Shown here piece by piece: positions 13,250 to 26,826 of a DNA stretch of 64,000 nt. Below the pieces are notes generated by a model that ran no database searches, had not been told where the DNA came from, and worked only from the letters and a program-made list of their open reading frames with translations. Positions within the stretch are counted from its first letter, which is position 1. Every line of letters starts with the position of its first letter. Source of the stretch: Anthoceros angustus (lineage: Eukaryota > Plantae > Anthocerotophyta); contig VJWM01000025.1 of NCBI GenBank assembly GCA_010909165.1, forward strand, positions 2,914,001-2,978,000. The letters are read 5' to 3'. The position numbers were made by a program, and so were the translations under genes.

Positions 13250-14564
13250 ATGGGACTCAAATATGGTTGCGGTAAAATGGTCTGGACAAATCACACCAGT
13301 GCAAGTAGCCAGACTCTTTGGAGAAATGGAAGAAGAAGGGATGGCAGCAGGGCCATCCAAGTTGATGTAGTGTGCGCCCGGCTGACCCGTCAGCGAAAGG
13401 CCGTCCACAACTGGCCATGGTCGAGACACAAACCTCAGCAAAACTTAAGTGCCAGCGCACCGACAACCGCAGGAAATTTACGTCGAATGAGTTTGCTGAA
13501 TTTTGTGCAGACAAGGGCATTGTGCGTCAATACACTATTGCCTACACACCCTAGCAAAACGGTGTGGCTGAAAGACTGAATCAGACCCTGCAATGAATGG
13601 CTAGAGCCATGCTAAAACACTCAAAACTTGAACAATGGTATTGGGCCGAGGCCTTAGCCTTTGCCACCTACTTGCGGAATCGGCTTCCTTCTCATTCGAT
13701 TCAAGGTCAAACTCCTTATGAATTATGGATTGGCTCTAAACCCTCTATTACTCACTTGCACATTTTTGGTTGTGCTGCATATGCTTGGATACCAACAGAA
13801 AAACGCAGGAAGCTTGACGAAAGATCAAAGAAGCTCCTCTTTCTTGGCTATGCAGATGGGATCAAGGGCTACAAGCTCTATACCCTCTTTCAAGGATGGT
13901 TACTTATGCTCGCAGTGTTAAGTTTCTTGAAGCTAGATTAATCCTGATACTACTGAAACTTAATCACGTTGAGCTTGAGCTGGTGCCCCCACTGCAAAAA
14001 AAATATCCACTATTTACACGTCCACAGTACTACACAACTTTGAATGTATCGCATCGAGCCATTCCTTACGTTCTGAGCCGGAGAGAGCCTCCTCCATCGG
14101 GACAACATGCTCCGAGGCTCTGGCTCGAGACAAGAGAGCTTGTTGCACATCGTTCCTATGATGAGGAGTGACGTCAGATAGAGCATTGCTTAAGTGTATA
14201 GATGGATCAAGAAGAGTTTCTGTAGTATCGGGATTAATCAAGCTGGTGCACTAAGCAATGCTTAAGATCATGCAAAAAGGTATCCACTATTTACACATCC
14301 ACAGCCCGGAGTGAGCATAGTGCACTCTCCATGGCAGCCAAAGACTTAATTTGGGGAAAGAATTTTCTTGATAGTATACAATACACACAAACCAAACCCA
14401 CCACCTTATATACGGATAGCCAAGTTGCGATTGCTATGGTAGCCAACCCTCGGTTCCATGGTAGAGCCAAACATATTGAGTTAAAACACCACTTTATACG
14501 TGAAATAGTTTCTGATGGCAAAGCACATCTCACCCAAAGACTCTTAATTGTTCTTCTTCGTTAA
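13250..14564 (+). mobile_element. Ty1/Copia retrotransposon relic (integrase and RNase H, internally deleted and rearranged)
   Basis: Integrase KCQRTDN...YTP*QNGVAER and WAEALAFATYLRNRLPS; RNase H PTTLYTDSQVAIAMVANPRFHGRAKHIELKHHFIRE. In-frame stops are present and most of the RT is missing. Confidence 0.9.
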
Positions 14565-14599
14565 TCAAGCCGTTACTTTACAAAACCTAGTGAGGTATC

Positions 14600-16815
14600 T
14601 CAGGCAAACGACCAATCCTTGTAACTTCTCCCACGCTTCGAAAACACATAGATGTTCCCTATGGCAGACAAAATCATCAACACAACGCCCAGCACGATAA
14701 TGGCCTGCACCATTGAGTGAGCAAGTTATCAGTGTGGAGCACGCAGTTCAGCGGTAAAGAAAAGCACTCCTTGCAACAACACTATAAGGAACTCACCCAA
14801 TTCACCATCCACACAAAACTGAGGTATTCTGGTCGCTTGATCTTCAACCACATGAGACATGGCAACTGCGAAACAGAAGTCAGTGCTTCATTTATCAGAA
14901 CATTCTACAACAACTGTGATCTGTAGAAGTGTGGAGCTAGTAGAAAGTCGCAAGGTAGCGTCACTCACAAAGTATGTGGTTGGGGCGAAAAGTAAACCTC
15001 CAAAAATACCCAGCAAGCTGTCGAAATCCGGCATTGCAACAGCAGCAAGGAGGGTGGACGCTGTCAATCAACCAAGGCACCACCTGTAGGGTCTTTCCAA
15101 ACATGTATGTTTATGTTGCAAAAGATGGAAACCAAGGGTCACTACCGACAAAGAAGGACCGGACTGCCACGGAGTAGGAGGGACGTATGTATGTGTTTCT
15201 ATGATTCTTCCAATTGGAGAACACCTGGAATTTCTCTGTCAAGACTTGCTCTAGTAGACCATATACAGGCGTTGCAAAAATCTGAAGAAAGAAGCAAAAG
15301 CTGTAGGTCAAAAGAAGCAAAAGCCAGAGGCCAGACGCAGTCAATGCCACGGATTGTAAAGCAAACAGTTACAAAATTATACAGATGCTCTCACCTGGTA
15401 AGTACCAGATAGATGCAGGGCAACCATGATATTTGCAGCAGCTGCTACTCCTGGTCTCAGGTCAGCTAGAGATGAGTTGTGGAGTGGGTTTCCATAGCCC
15501 TTGTGCCGGCATCCTAAATACCCAAGATTACCAAGCACATTGCTTGCAGCTGAATGTCCAAGCTTGATATAGCCGCTTATAGCCACTGCGAAGTAGCAGA
15601 TTCCTACCACCTGTACACAAGAACGTGCTGAAAACGATGAAGGGTACCCATCTCACTGCAAGATACATTATTTCAGTTCTCAACCTTACCACATATGTTA
15701 CAGCTATCCCCCATAGCATAGGCAACTTCTTGCTCTTGGGTGGCGTTGGAATAGAGTCTTGGATCTCCAATGCAACATTATGTCCCGCATATGCAAAGGC
15801 AATAAACCCCATAGCAGCGAACGACGATAATGCATCGAAGTCCTCATGATCACAGGTGGGTGGTTGTGCAGGTTCGTGTCCTGGAGCTCTCGGAAGCGAT
15901 GGCGAATGGTCGGAAATGGTGGCAGTGATGGTGACAGAAAAGCTAAGATCATGGTACAAGGACAAGTGCACTCATTCAAATACTAAAGACGGTTCAAAGA
16001 AGGGCAGGAGGTAAAAGACCACTTTCTACGATAACAAGCCATAGCCCGAGAGATGGCTATAAAATCACGTACCTTACGATCATCAGTGCTGATATGAAGG
16101 ACACAAAGGTCAACGAGGTAAAGTTCGGAATCTGACTGAGCACAAACTGCAAAGAGGAGAAGACTAATATCCATGCTGAAAGTCCAAAAGATTCACATTG
16201 CCGCAGCTCCCCACTCCGACGATGGTGGCATAATAGCTTATAAGCATTAAGAAGACACGCACCCCCTGCTACCATGTACACGATGCACACCCCGACGAAG
16301 ACTACCAGCTGCATCACCGCAACAACATAGGACCCCTTCTTGCCAAATGCTCGTTCCGCAAGATCTGCGTACCGTTTGTAATAAACCTTCTTGACAATCC
16401 CATGGTTATCGCGTACAGGATTTCCCTCAGCATCGAGTGCATCTAGCTCATGCATTTCCACAAGCTGCCAAAGAGAGAAACCAGTGGTGGCCCAGGAGAT
16501 AAAAAGGAACGAGAGACCTCCAGTCCTGCATCATCAGTGCAACTACAATGCTTAGATGTCTGCTCGGCGACGAACACATTCATGCAAACTCCGGACATGC
16601 AGAGGCCACATCCACTTATACCATTTAAGATGGGCCATCGCATTTGGGAGAGTCAGAATCCCAACCCCAATAATAGCTGTGACGTTGAGCACGGCAGAAT
16701 GGAACGAGCCATAAAGTACGGGACCCATAAGCCTCTGCAGCATCGGTTTGCGCTCGACATTTCTTGCAGGGAGTTGTCCAGAGATGGCGTCCTGCGAAGA
16801 AGTAGCAGACGCCAT
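14600..16815 (-). CDS. Divergent LHT-family (AAAP) amino-acid transporter, paralog A
   Basis: Spliced segments [92 protein letters not shown] at 16815, TGA at 14600-14602. Confidence 0.85.
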
Positions 16816-17774
16816 CTCCCCTAGCTGACTAAGAAGGCAAAAGTGAGGGCAGGTAGCTGCGGTATCCGAATCACAAAACCCACCCACAACACCAGCATAG
16901 GAGAAAGGACATACATATAACTCGGCACCTGCGATCCGGGCAATCCCACACCAGAACGACCCCTTGGAGAAACCATTTGCGCTGAAGTCTCGGCAGCAGT
17001 AGCCCACACCGTGAGTATCCCCTTGCACGCCGTATACACAATGTCTTGGGCTGAGGAAACTGCTCTGGGGGTACATGAGAGCACGTGCTGCACCCTGCAG
17101 TCGTGAATTGCACGACACGGTGAATGGGCTGGTCGTTTGAAGGTCACAGGACATGTACAGATGGAAGTTGTTTGATCGCATGTCTAATCCAGAGTCTGGT
17201 CAAACAAGGTCAAGTACACAAGATGTGTATCTTCCAGCCGCTTATCAGGTGGTCCTTATGGCTACACAGGCGAGACAGGCAGCTGTCCGAAAAGGAGGTG
17301 CCCTTCTTGTGTGGTGCGGCTGTCAACTGCATGCACGTTCTCTGTCCCATTGAAAAGCACTTTTGTTAACCTCACTCCACTTCTGAAGGAGACTGCTGTG
17401 CTTCACATCGCCGGTGTAATGCCGGGCATTTCCCTTCGTGTGGGCCACCAGCAGGAGTCAGGACGTAGCCGACTCCCTTCACAACCAGTAAAAACCAGGC
17501 AAGGCCGCGGGCATGTAGGGATTGGATCGACGAGACAAGGGCGAGTCACAGGGGTGGACGGGATATGAGTCCTACGCACAAGAATTCGTATTTACAACCT
17601 CCAATGAAAAAATAGCAGAGGGTGGCTGAGGCTCCCATCAATGAGAGTTTCGCAAGTTTCAAGTCACAAGTCTAGCCAAGGCTCCAAATGAATTCTCACA
17701 TTCAAATCCCCACCATGCTCAATGGCCACATTGACTCCCGCGATACAAGTACACTACGAAATAGATTATTGCGC

Positions 17775-20009
17775 CTACTGGTAGAATCTGTAAGTAGAGG
17801 CATCCACTATGATGTTTCTCAATCCTCCGATCGCGGCGGCAAGCATGAGTAGAACTCCGAGGAAGATACAGACCTGCCAGAGAACCAACACGGCGATGTG
17901 AGCAAACTCCACGCGTGTCGTAGTGGGATATATGCCACAATGTACATGGGCTGATGACAAGGTGAATGTTCTTGAAAGGGCTTACCCAATTAATAATCCA
18001 GGAAAGGCTGAAAGGCCTTGGCTTCTTAAGGGCCAACCACATAATGCAAGGAAGCTGTGCATGAACACAATTCCAGAAGTGCAAGTCATTACTTCAACCA
18101 CCAGCAATATACCAACTTCAGAGGATCAAACAGATCATGCTGGACGAAGTTGAACTCAGGCAAGTAGATTCACTTACAAAATACGTTGTGGGAGCAAATG
18201 CAAAACCTCCTAAGAATCCCAGAAGGTCTCCGAAGAACGGAATGGTGATGGCGACAAACGCCGTGAAAACTGCAAGATGGAAAAGAGGATCGAATGTATT
18301 AAGTGTAAACCCCAGACAGACAAACACTCAGGAGATGTATATCGAGTAGAAGAAAATATAGATTCAACTTACCGACATAGAGAGATCGGGTAACAAGTCG
18401 CAACAAGAAGCTGGGAGGAATTCTGAAGTACTTCACTAACACAGTTTCCAGCATATCGAACACAGGCATGGCGTAAATCTACACACAGTACAAAGGACAA
18501 CATGTCTGTTAGTACAAACTAGAACCGTTCTGACTCAATCCGAGAAAGGAAGTGGGAGGTGTTACCTGGTAGCTTCCGATGACGTGGATGGTGACCATGA
18601 GATTGGCCATGAGGATGAGCCATGCAGGCTTTTGGAGTGAAGTCAAGACGTTGTCTGCAACATCATTTCCAAAGGCCCAATACCCTGTAACGACGACGCA
18701 AAAGTAGCAGAAGGCAACTACGGCGTACGCTACTAGTACACCCCTCCACATAGCCACCTTGGATGGCTTCTCGGGAGTCGAGGGGATAGTTGCTTGGATC
18801 TCAAGCACGACATTGTGCCCTGCGTAAGCAAAGGCTATTGTACCCAAAGCATTGAATACATTGAAGACGTAGTGGGCAGTAGAGTGCCCAGGTGGCAGAT
18901 TATAGTCCACATGATCAGCCTTGCCTTTGTTCACTGAGGCAACCCAAGCTATGGTCGAGTAACTGCAACAACGAGCATCTCAGAAACAAGCACACACAAG
19001 CATCCTAAATCGGTCAAGACAGACGAACATGAAACGTCCACCACTCACCTCAGAGACATGACAGCAGCGGCCAGCGAGACCCCCGAAATGGAATTGAAGT
19101 TGGGGAGTTGCGACAGCACAAAGTGCACCGAGGAGAAAACCAGAATAAAACACGAAATCCCAAAGCTGGGGGTGCACTCCGTCTCGTGATGCAGCTCGTG
19201 GCAGATGAGCTTGTGAACATTCTGCAGGGACCTCCCCCCTGTAACCATGTAGACGATGCAAACTCCAACCTCCACGATGAGCTGCTGAGGCACCACGATC
19301 CAAAGCCCCAACCTTTCGCCGAACGCTTCCTGTCCAAGCTCGTGGTAGCGGTCGAACCTCTTCCCAGGCACCATCTCATGCATCTCTACCATCTGCCACA
19401 GCGTGTAGAGAGTGATGATCCACGAGAGCACAAGCACCACCATTCCCGGGCCCCTGCAAAACACGTCCTCACCATCCTCAGTTCCCCCCTCCGCTCCACA
19501 AGCCTAAAACCACGAGAATTCAGCACAGCCCCCGCGTTACCAGGTCAGATACACCATCGCCCTGGGCAGCCCCAGGACCCCGGCTCCCACCATCGCCGTA
19601 ACGTTGTGGAAGGCGGAATACCACCATTTGGCATTCCGCGACCCGGTGACGGGCAGCCAGTCATCCACGGTCTTCACCTTCCCCCTTCCGCCCTCCACAT
19701 GCTCCTGCCAGGAGCCAGCAACGGGTTCAGACATGGCGGCAGAAGGCGCAACACACAAGAATCCGCAAGCGGCAGTCCTAGCAAGGCTGCCGGCTCCCGC
19801 AGTACTAGCAAAGCTCCCACAAGCTCTCTCAGCCTCCCGCAAGCTCCCCCGAGCCCCCCGCGAGCTCCAAACCGGAGCAGCAGGAGCGCAAAACGAAAGG
19901 AATGCAAATCCGCACCCCGTTCCCAGACCTGGATGGACGCCGTGAGCGAAGGCCGGGCATCGTCGTTGGAGGGATCCTTGAACTCCCTGGACGTGTCGTA
20001 GGCCGCCAT
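17775..20009 (-). CDS. LHT1-like lysine-histidine transporter, paralog B
   Basis: Exon 1 (20009-19929, 27 codons) splices phase 0 to 19704. Motifs [89 protein letters not shown]; ends STYRFYQ*. Confidence 0.92.
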
Positions 20010-20087
20010 TGCGGCTCCCGGCAGCAGCAGGCTGAGTCGCGCGTCCCTCCTCGAGACGTCTCGAGCCGCAAGAGAGGCTCAGCTCAC

Positions 20088-20121
20088 GCTCAAGCTCAAG
20101 CTCAAGCTCAAGCTCAAGCTC
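20088..20121. repeat. (GCTCAA)5 microsatellite upstream of the LHT-B start codon
   Basis: Five perfect hexamers plus a partial unit. Confidence 0.9.
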
Positions 20122-20207
20122 GGCCTGGACCTGGACCTCGGGCGCTCTGCGCTGTCAGGTCTCACGCGCAAGTGAGCTACCAGCGGGCGACGCGCGCCGA
20201 GACACGC

Positions 20208-20213
20208 TTTATA
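20208..20213 (-). promoter_or_regulatory. Candidate TATA box for LHT-B
   Basis: TATAAA on the minus strand ~200 nt upstream of ATG 20009 in a GC-rich context; motif evidence only. Confidence 0.3.
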
Positions 20214-21595
20214 AAAGCCAAAAGCCCAATCACCGATCGAGTCCGAGAGAGAGAGAGGACCGTCCCGAGACCGGCACACGCCGTTTAATATCGAACCTGC
20301 TTCCACATATATAATTCGGGAAGCACGTATCGACTTAATCGGACCCCCACTCAAACTGATGCCGATATGTGCGGCCTGTAAAAACGGGCAGAGCCAGCGG
20401 CCCAGAGCGCGCGAGCCAGCGAGAGCCAGAAATAGCCTCACTAACATCTGCCGGCTTCACAGCAGATATACGGGGGTCCCGATTCCCGATTCCTGATTCC
20501 CGATCCCCTCATGCCCAGCAGGGAGCAGCTGCGTCAGTCGTGGAGCATGCACAAGTACGGAATCCGCGGTGGGCCCCGCCGACCCCCGGTTAGCGCCGGT
20601 GGCCGGTGCCGGTGAAAAGTGGGTGGCTCTCCCGTTTCCCATGTGCCCCTGATGCTCATGCAACGGCCGCAAGTCTGGTCATGGCCCCGGCCGGTCCTGT
20701 TGCGGCTGGACCGCCATCATTACGCAAACCGCCACGGCACCGGGAAGCAAGCGGGCAAAATCATTACCTACCTACCATCCACCCGTCACGTCCCTGTCGA
20801 GGCCAGGTTCGGGCCGAGGCCGAGGCCAGGCTGGCCTGGCGATTCCTGTTTCACCATCGGAGTGCGTAAAAGTAAAACAAGTCTATTCCAGTCGACACGG
20901 ATGGAAGTTTTTCCTTATCACGGACTTTGGTACGTACTTGACAGCCAACCGTTTTTACTTACATGGTGTGCGTGCCTGAAGTTACCCCAGTGCCAAGGCA
21001 GTGGATGCCACCTTGGTATAAATGTGTGTCCATTATTTAGCCCAAGCCATTTGGACACATTCGGACATATGTATACAGCTTTTGAAGTAATATGCTGCCT
21101 GGCCTGGGCCTGGGCCCGGGCCTGGGCGGCTCGGCTTGCGTGTGCAGTTCCGGAAGATGTTGTCGCTTCTGCCCGCCGGCTCGCCATTCGCTGGCATTCA
21201 TGCCCTGCTCGCTGGATCTTGCTGTCGTTGACCGTCTATATTGGGTGAAGACCGTGCTCGCTCTCGGTTATGTCCGCCGCACACGTGCCGCGCCGCGCTC
21301 GCTCCTCTCTATGTACAACACACATCCTTCTTCACACGGAATCGGATTCCGAATTCCTGTTTCCCCTGCGGAGGGAATTCCATTGTCCTCCATTATAAAA
21401 CATGCCCACCATCATCATGTGCATACAAACACGTCTCCTTGTTTGAGGGATCTGGCTTCGTCGAGTTGCTTTTCTCCCTCACTCACACACTTCCTCGTCC
21501 AGGATGTGGTTGTGAGGGCTGCTTAGGGGTGAATTTGTGCAGAATGCCAATCATGATAGAACAAATATGCAAAGTTATCTAATGTATGACATCCT

Positions 21596-21669
21596 GGTTT
21601 CGTGGTGTAGTTGGTTATCACGTCAGTCTAACACACTGAAGGTCTCCGGTTCGAGTCCGGGCGAAGCCA
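21596..21669 (+). tRNA. trnV-AAC: tRNA-Val(AAC)
   Basis: Acceptor stem GGTTTCG/CGAAGCC, anticodon arm TCAGT-CT AAC AC-ACTGA, T-loop GGTTCGAGTCC, discriminator A, followed by a TTTT Pol III terminator. Confidence 0.97.
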
Positions 21670-22619
21670 TTTTAATATTGCATCTCCGGGGATTTTTCTT
21701 CACCGTGCTCGAAGGTGTACGTACATGTATGTGAGCAAACCGCGCTCCAAGCACTGATGATCATAGATGTGTTCACACCGTGACATCGTAGCAGAGGGAG
21801 ACCATGGATGGTCGGAGATGTCTGAATTTTCACAGGCAGATGACATTCCCAGCAGATGGTTTCATTCCCGCCATCGCTGGCACGCGGGAGAAGGAAGATG
21901 GTTGCTGCAGGCTCCTCCAAGGGAAGGTAGAAATGGGCCAGGGCCATGAGCGGCCGGTGGGCGGGTCGGAGGAGCTGGAGCTCCGGCCAGCTCCATGCAC
22001 CAAAGCTGGAGTTCCATGGAGCTCGGTGCATCCGGCCGGCCGGCCGGCCGGCTTTGAGCTCCACGTAGACAGAGAAAAAAGAGAACAAGAAAGCGCAACC
22101 TGGTGGCGGGAATGCTGTGCCTCCATTTTGACACGTGATGGAGTTGCCTGCAGAGATGAGATTGTGTGGAAGTGTGATGAAGCTTTGCGAGTGCAAGATT
22201 TGGAAGGAAGGTATGTACGTCAGCAAACGCGTGGATTGATGACGATTGGAGCGTCTGCAGGAGGCGCAGGTCCCGGAGCATAGTGTACTTGAAGCCCACG
22301 CCCCGCGCTGTCTTCCGGCTCACGGGACCACGAGACCCACAGCAGTATCTAACGTGGGGAAAAGATAAAGTGGAGGCGACGCGCTAACTTGGCGTGGCAG
22401 GCTGCAGGGCCCGTGATATGTTTATGACAGACCACTCTTCTGCTGCCCTGCCCTGCCCTGCCCTGCCCTGCCCATTCCCTTTTGCAGCAAGCTGGTTTGA
22501 TGACTAATCCGGTCGTTACAGTGTGCTTCTGCACCACCAACTTGTCTCCACGGGCACGGCCTTTCCTGGAATCCCGGGTGAAGTACTAGGACTGTGGCTG
22601 CTTGGACCCAGTCTCAGCC

Positions 22620-25025
22620 ATGGATCCCAGATCAGGATGTGGGCATTTATGGCTCAGGAAAGAGCAGCCGCCCTGCTTCTCGAGCTCTGTCTGCCCCTCC
22701 CCTGCTGCCGCCTCCTCTGGATCTGCCGCACCTCCTGCTCCTGCTCCTGCTCCAGCTCCAGCTCCAGCTCCAGCTCCAGCTCCAGCTCCAGCTCCCTCGA
22801 TTGGTGGCATTGGCGGATTTGGGCGGCGGGTAGGGCAGAGCAGGGGAGGGCGAAGGGGGAAGGGTGAAGGTTGTGGGTGGGAGGCATGGAGTTTGTTAGT
22901 GGGGACGAGCGTGTGCCACGGAGCTTTGATTCCATCAAGGTAATTTTGATGCCATCCGGTGTGGGGGCAGGGAGATTGGATGCCTTGAGACTGGTTGTGC
23001 ACTTGGACCTGGATCTCGGGTTGCTCGGCTAGGGGTGTATGTGGATTACAGGGAGCTCAGTGATTTGTTGTTAAAATGCACAGGAGTATGTGGAGAGGGT
23101 TGGGAGCTCGTCCAGGGTGAAGAACATCGACGACTGGCTGCCCGTCACAGCTTCTAGGAAAGCCAAGTGGTGGTATTCTGCGTTTCACAATGTTACAGCG
23201 GTGGTTGGCGCAGGTGTGCTTGGATTGCCCCATGCCATGGCCCAGCTTACCTGGTATGTTTACGGCACGCGTGCTCGTATGTGTCAGAGTTTCGATGTTT
23301 CCTGGCTTGCATTGCCCACGTCCATGTCAGTCAGCTCTGCTGTTAGGTGACATGCTGTTTGTGGTGCAATCCGTGCAGGGGTCCGGGTATCCTGATTCTC
23401 GTTCTGTCCTGGGTTATCACTCTCTTCACCTTCTGGCAGTTGGTGCAGATGCACGAGATGGTTCCAGGCAAACGATTCGATAGATACCATGAGCTGGGTC
23501 AGGCTGCTTTTGGAGAAAGGTTGGGGCTCTTCATTGTGGTTCCTCAGACACTGACAGTGCAGATAGGCTTGGACATAGTCTACATGGTCACAGGCGGTGC
23601 GTCTCTGCAAAACATATATAGAAGTGTATGCCATACGCACCATGAGACGTGCCAAAAATTTGGCATTGCTCCTTTCATTGTAATCTTCGGTTCTGCTCAC
23701 TTCGTGCTGGCTCAACTTCCCAACTTCGGGTCCATCACTCTATTTTCCTTGGCTGCTGCCGTCATGTCTATCAGGTAACACTCCACCCAAAGTTCTTGAA
23801 CATAACTTTGTAGCCGCAGACATAGCCTGAAATTGTGCTGGTTTCTTGACGACACTTGCAGTTACTCAACCATTGCTTGGGTCACATCGTTAGCTCGAGG
23901 CAGAGATGGGAACCCTAGTTACCACTTACCATATTTCTCACATGGGCCTTCCTCAAGCGCAGACCACATTTTCGAAGCCATGAAGGCAACAGGAATTGTG
24001 GCTTTTGCTTATGCTGGTCACAGTGTAGCACTCGAGATACAAGCTCAGATTCCAACCACTCCAGAGAAGCCTTCCAAGAAAGCTATGTGGAAAGGTGTCG
24101 TCACAGCTTACGTTGTTGTTGCCTTCTGTTATTTTTGTGTCGCCATATGTGGATACTGGGCATTCGGCAACAAAGTGAAGGACAATATCCTACGCTCTAT
24201 CGAGCATCCCGTCTGGATCGTCGTCGTAGCAAATCTCATGGTGGTCATTCACGTCCTGGGCAGCTATCAAGTACGCGATTCAGCTTTTGCTCATTTTCCC
24301 ATAGAGTTTCTCGCTTCACTGACATAGTTCTAATGCTTGTCACTCGCCTTTCACCCTTGGCAGATGTATGCAATGCCTGTCTATGACATGCTGGAGATTT
24401 TCTTTGTCAAGTATTTTCGATTCGCTCCTAGTTTCCTTTTACGTTTGGTTCTACGCTCTTCTTACGTAGGTGAGTGTCAAAATAAGGAGTTGGGTTTTGC
24501 ACGGATGGAGCATATTTGTCTGTCCATATGCTAATTGAACTGGTTTGCTTGTTTGCAGCCTTCACCCTTTTCATTGCCACACTTGTACCCTTTTTTGATG
24601 CGCTTTTGGGTTTCTTTGGTGGGTTCGCACTGGCTCCCACGACATACTTTGTAAGTATTATTGTACTCGTGTAATATAATCATGTAACTTATATTATTTA
24701 ATAGTTTCTTAATCCTGTTTCGATTCCTGTTTTGCAGATGCCATGCATAATATGGTTGATCATATATAAGCCTCGCATTGGTAGTGTGTCGTGGTTCGTC
24801 AATTGGGTAAGGGGTTTTATTTATTACATGTTGCACTAATCTAACAGTGAATTTAACTTTGTTTTCATTATTATCTTATTTTATTTATACCTCGATGAAT
24901 TATCATGGGTGCAGGTTTGTATCATTCTTGGGGTTTCGCTCATGTTCAGTGCTACGATTGGAGGATTTAGAACGATATATGTCGATGCGAAAACATATAG
25001 AGTATTCCACAGAAATGAGTTGTGA
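22620..25025 (+). CDS. LHT1-like transporter, paralog C (first exon tentative)
   Basis: Exon from 23084 EYVERVG...[34 protein letters not shown]; then [49 protein letters not shown]-type segment; ends VFHRNEL* at 25025. Putative exon 1 (22620-22829) joins phase 0. Confidence 0.87.
22732..22791. repeat. (CTCCTG)3(CTCCAG)7 hexamer microsatellite
   Basis: Ten consecutive hexamer units read directly. Confidence 0.95.
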
Positions 25026-25461
25026 TCTTAACGATGAGTGGAATCCCAATGTAAGACACGAAATTGTATAAGTAATGTATTAGAGTTGGGATTTAAATGG
25101 ATTAGGTGCGTAGCTTTTGAAGTGTTGGTGAGTGGTAGAAGGGTGTGGCGCCCACAGTCATGAACGGATGCCAAGATAGAGGCTCCCATTGGCCTTGCCA
25201 GGATAAACCGGGCGAATCCGTGCCCAATGGCCAGAATGGTACTGATTCAGGTTACACCATACCATGCGGCGAAACGGCGTCCGCCCGGCGCAACGTTGTG
25301 TGCCACAGGGTTAAGGTGTCGCCGGTTTCGCCGCCCGGGCCTCGCGGCATCAGGATTCAAGCTCGTGAGAAGCTGCGGCTGCGACGGACGCCTGTTGTGT
25401 TCCAGTCACCAAGCTCGGGATCAGCACACCAGCAAGCAGCAGCAGCAGCAGCAGCAGCGCG

Positions 25462-26826
25462 ATGGCGGCAGCGTTGGCGGGATCGGCGTTGGGAAGGGCG
25501 GAGCTGCTGGGCCAAGCCATTGCGGCTGCCCCCGCCCCCGCCAAGGCCGCTGCCCGGGCCCCAGCGCAGATCGTGTCCCTGCTCGGGAAGAAGAAGGCGG
25601 CTAAGGCTGCTTCCAAGAAGGCCGCGCCTGCTGATCCTGAGCTCGCCAAGTGGTATGGTAGGTGTCCGGGCATTCTCTCCCGTGTGGTTTGCATTCGGTT
25701 CTGGACAATGCAGCTCGGTAACATGCGTGCGGTGTCTGTGGTGATGGTGTGCAGGCCCGGACCGGAGAATCTACCTGCCCGAGGGTTTGCTGGACAAGTC
25801 CGAGGTGCCGGCCTACCTCACGGGAGAGGTGCCCGGGGAGTAAGTGTTTGTGATGCATTGAAGAATGTTGTGGAATGGCATTTGTGCGTCCTGTTGTTGC
25901 GCGGCTTCTCATGCTTGGTTGTTTGCTCTTCTTGCTCTGCAGCTACGGGTTTGACCCCTTCGGTTTGTCGAAGAAGCCCGCGGACTTCGACAAGTGAGTT
26001 GCGGCACTTGCCGCTGGATGTGGAACGGAACGGAAGGGATCCTAGGTAGAGTTCGAGACTGCTGCACGGTGTGTGTGCTGACGGCATTATTGCTTGCACT
26101 GGCAGGTACCAGGCGTACGAGTTGATTCACGCTCGCTGGGCCATGCTTGGCGCAGCTGGCTTCATCTTGCCCGAGGCATTCAACAAATACGGTGCCTCTT
26201 GCGGTCCTGAGGCTGTCTGGTTCAAGGTTAGTGTCTTACCTTGTAATGTACGTGTCTGAAGATGTTACCAGGCTATGGATCTGATTTTCGTGCTTTGACT
26301 CACAGACCGGCGCTCTGCTTCTTGACGGCAACACTTTGGAGTACTTCGGAGCTACCGTGCCTGTCAACCTAGCTGTTGCTGTGATTGCCGAGGTAGTCCT
26401 TGTAGGCGGTGCCGAGTACTACAGGGCGACCAACAAGTCACCCTTGGGATCTGTAAGTCTGCTGCTTTGCCCGTCCTTTGCTGGCTTCTTTGTTCAGGAC
26501 TGTAGCCTGCGATTGAGCAGGCATGGTTTCTGAACAGAGTTGTATCTGCCTCCCCTGGCTTGGTGCAGGACTTGGACAGGCTACACCCCGGTGGTGCCTT
26601 CGACCCCTTCAACCTGGCCAAGGACCCGGACACCTTCGCTTTGTTGAAAGTGAAGGAGATCAAGAACGGCAGACTGGCCATGTTCTCCATGCTCGGATTC
26701 TTCATCCAGGCCTACGTCACTGGCGAGGGCCCAGTCGAGAACTTGGCTGCTCACTTGAGCGATCCCTTCGGCAACAACCTGCTGACGGTGTTGCAAGGTG
26801 GTGCGGAGCGAGTCCCGACCTTGTAG
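25462..26826 (+). CDS. LHCB5: Light-harvesting complex II minor antenna CP26
   Basis: [94 protein letters not shown], ending AERVPTL*; Ala-rich transit peptide. Confidence 0.96.

Noticed and set aside
19108-20001. 297-aa plus-strand ORF (also 28772-29380, 50940-51437, 56955-57587 and similar)
   Set aside because: These are antisense shadows of GC-rich coding exons (LHT-B, LRR-RLK, kinase, AAE3) with no independent motifs.
21755-21825. Possible C/D-box snoRNA downstream of tRNA-Val (TGATGA...CTGA)
   Set aside because: The C box lacks the leading purine, there is no terminal stem, I recognise no rRNA or snRNA complementarity, and the tRNA has its own TTTT terminator.
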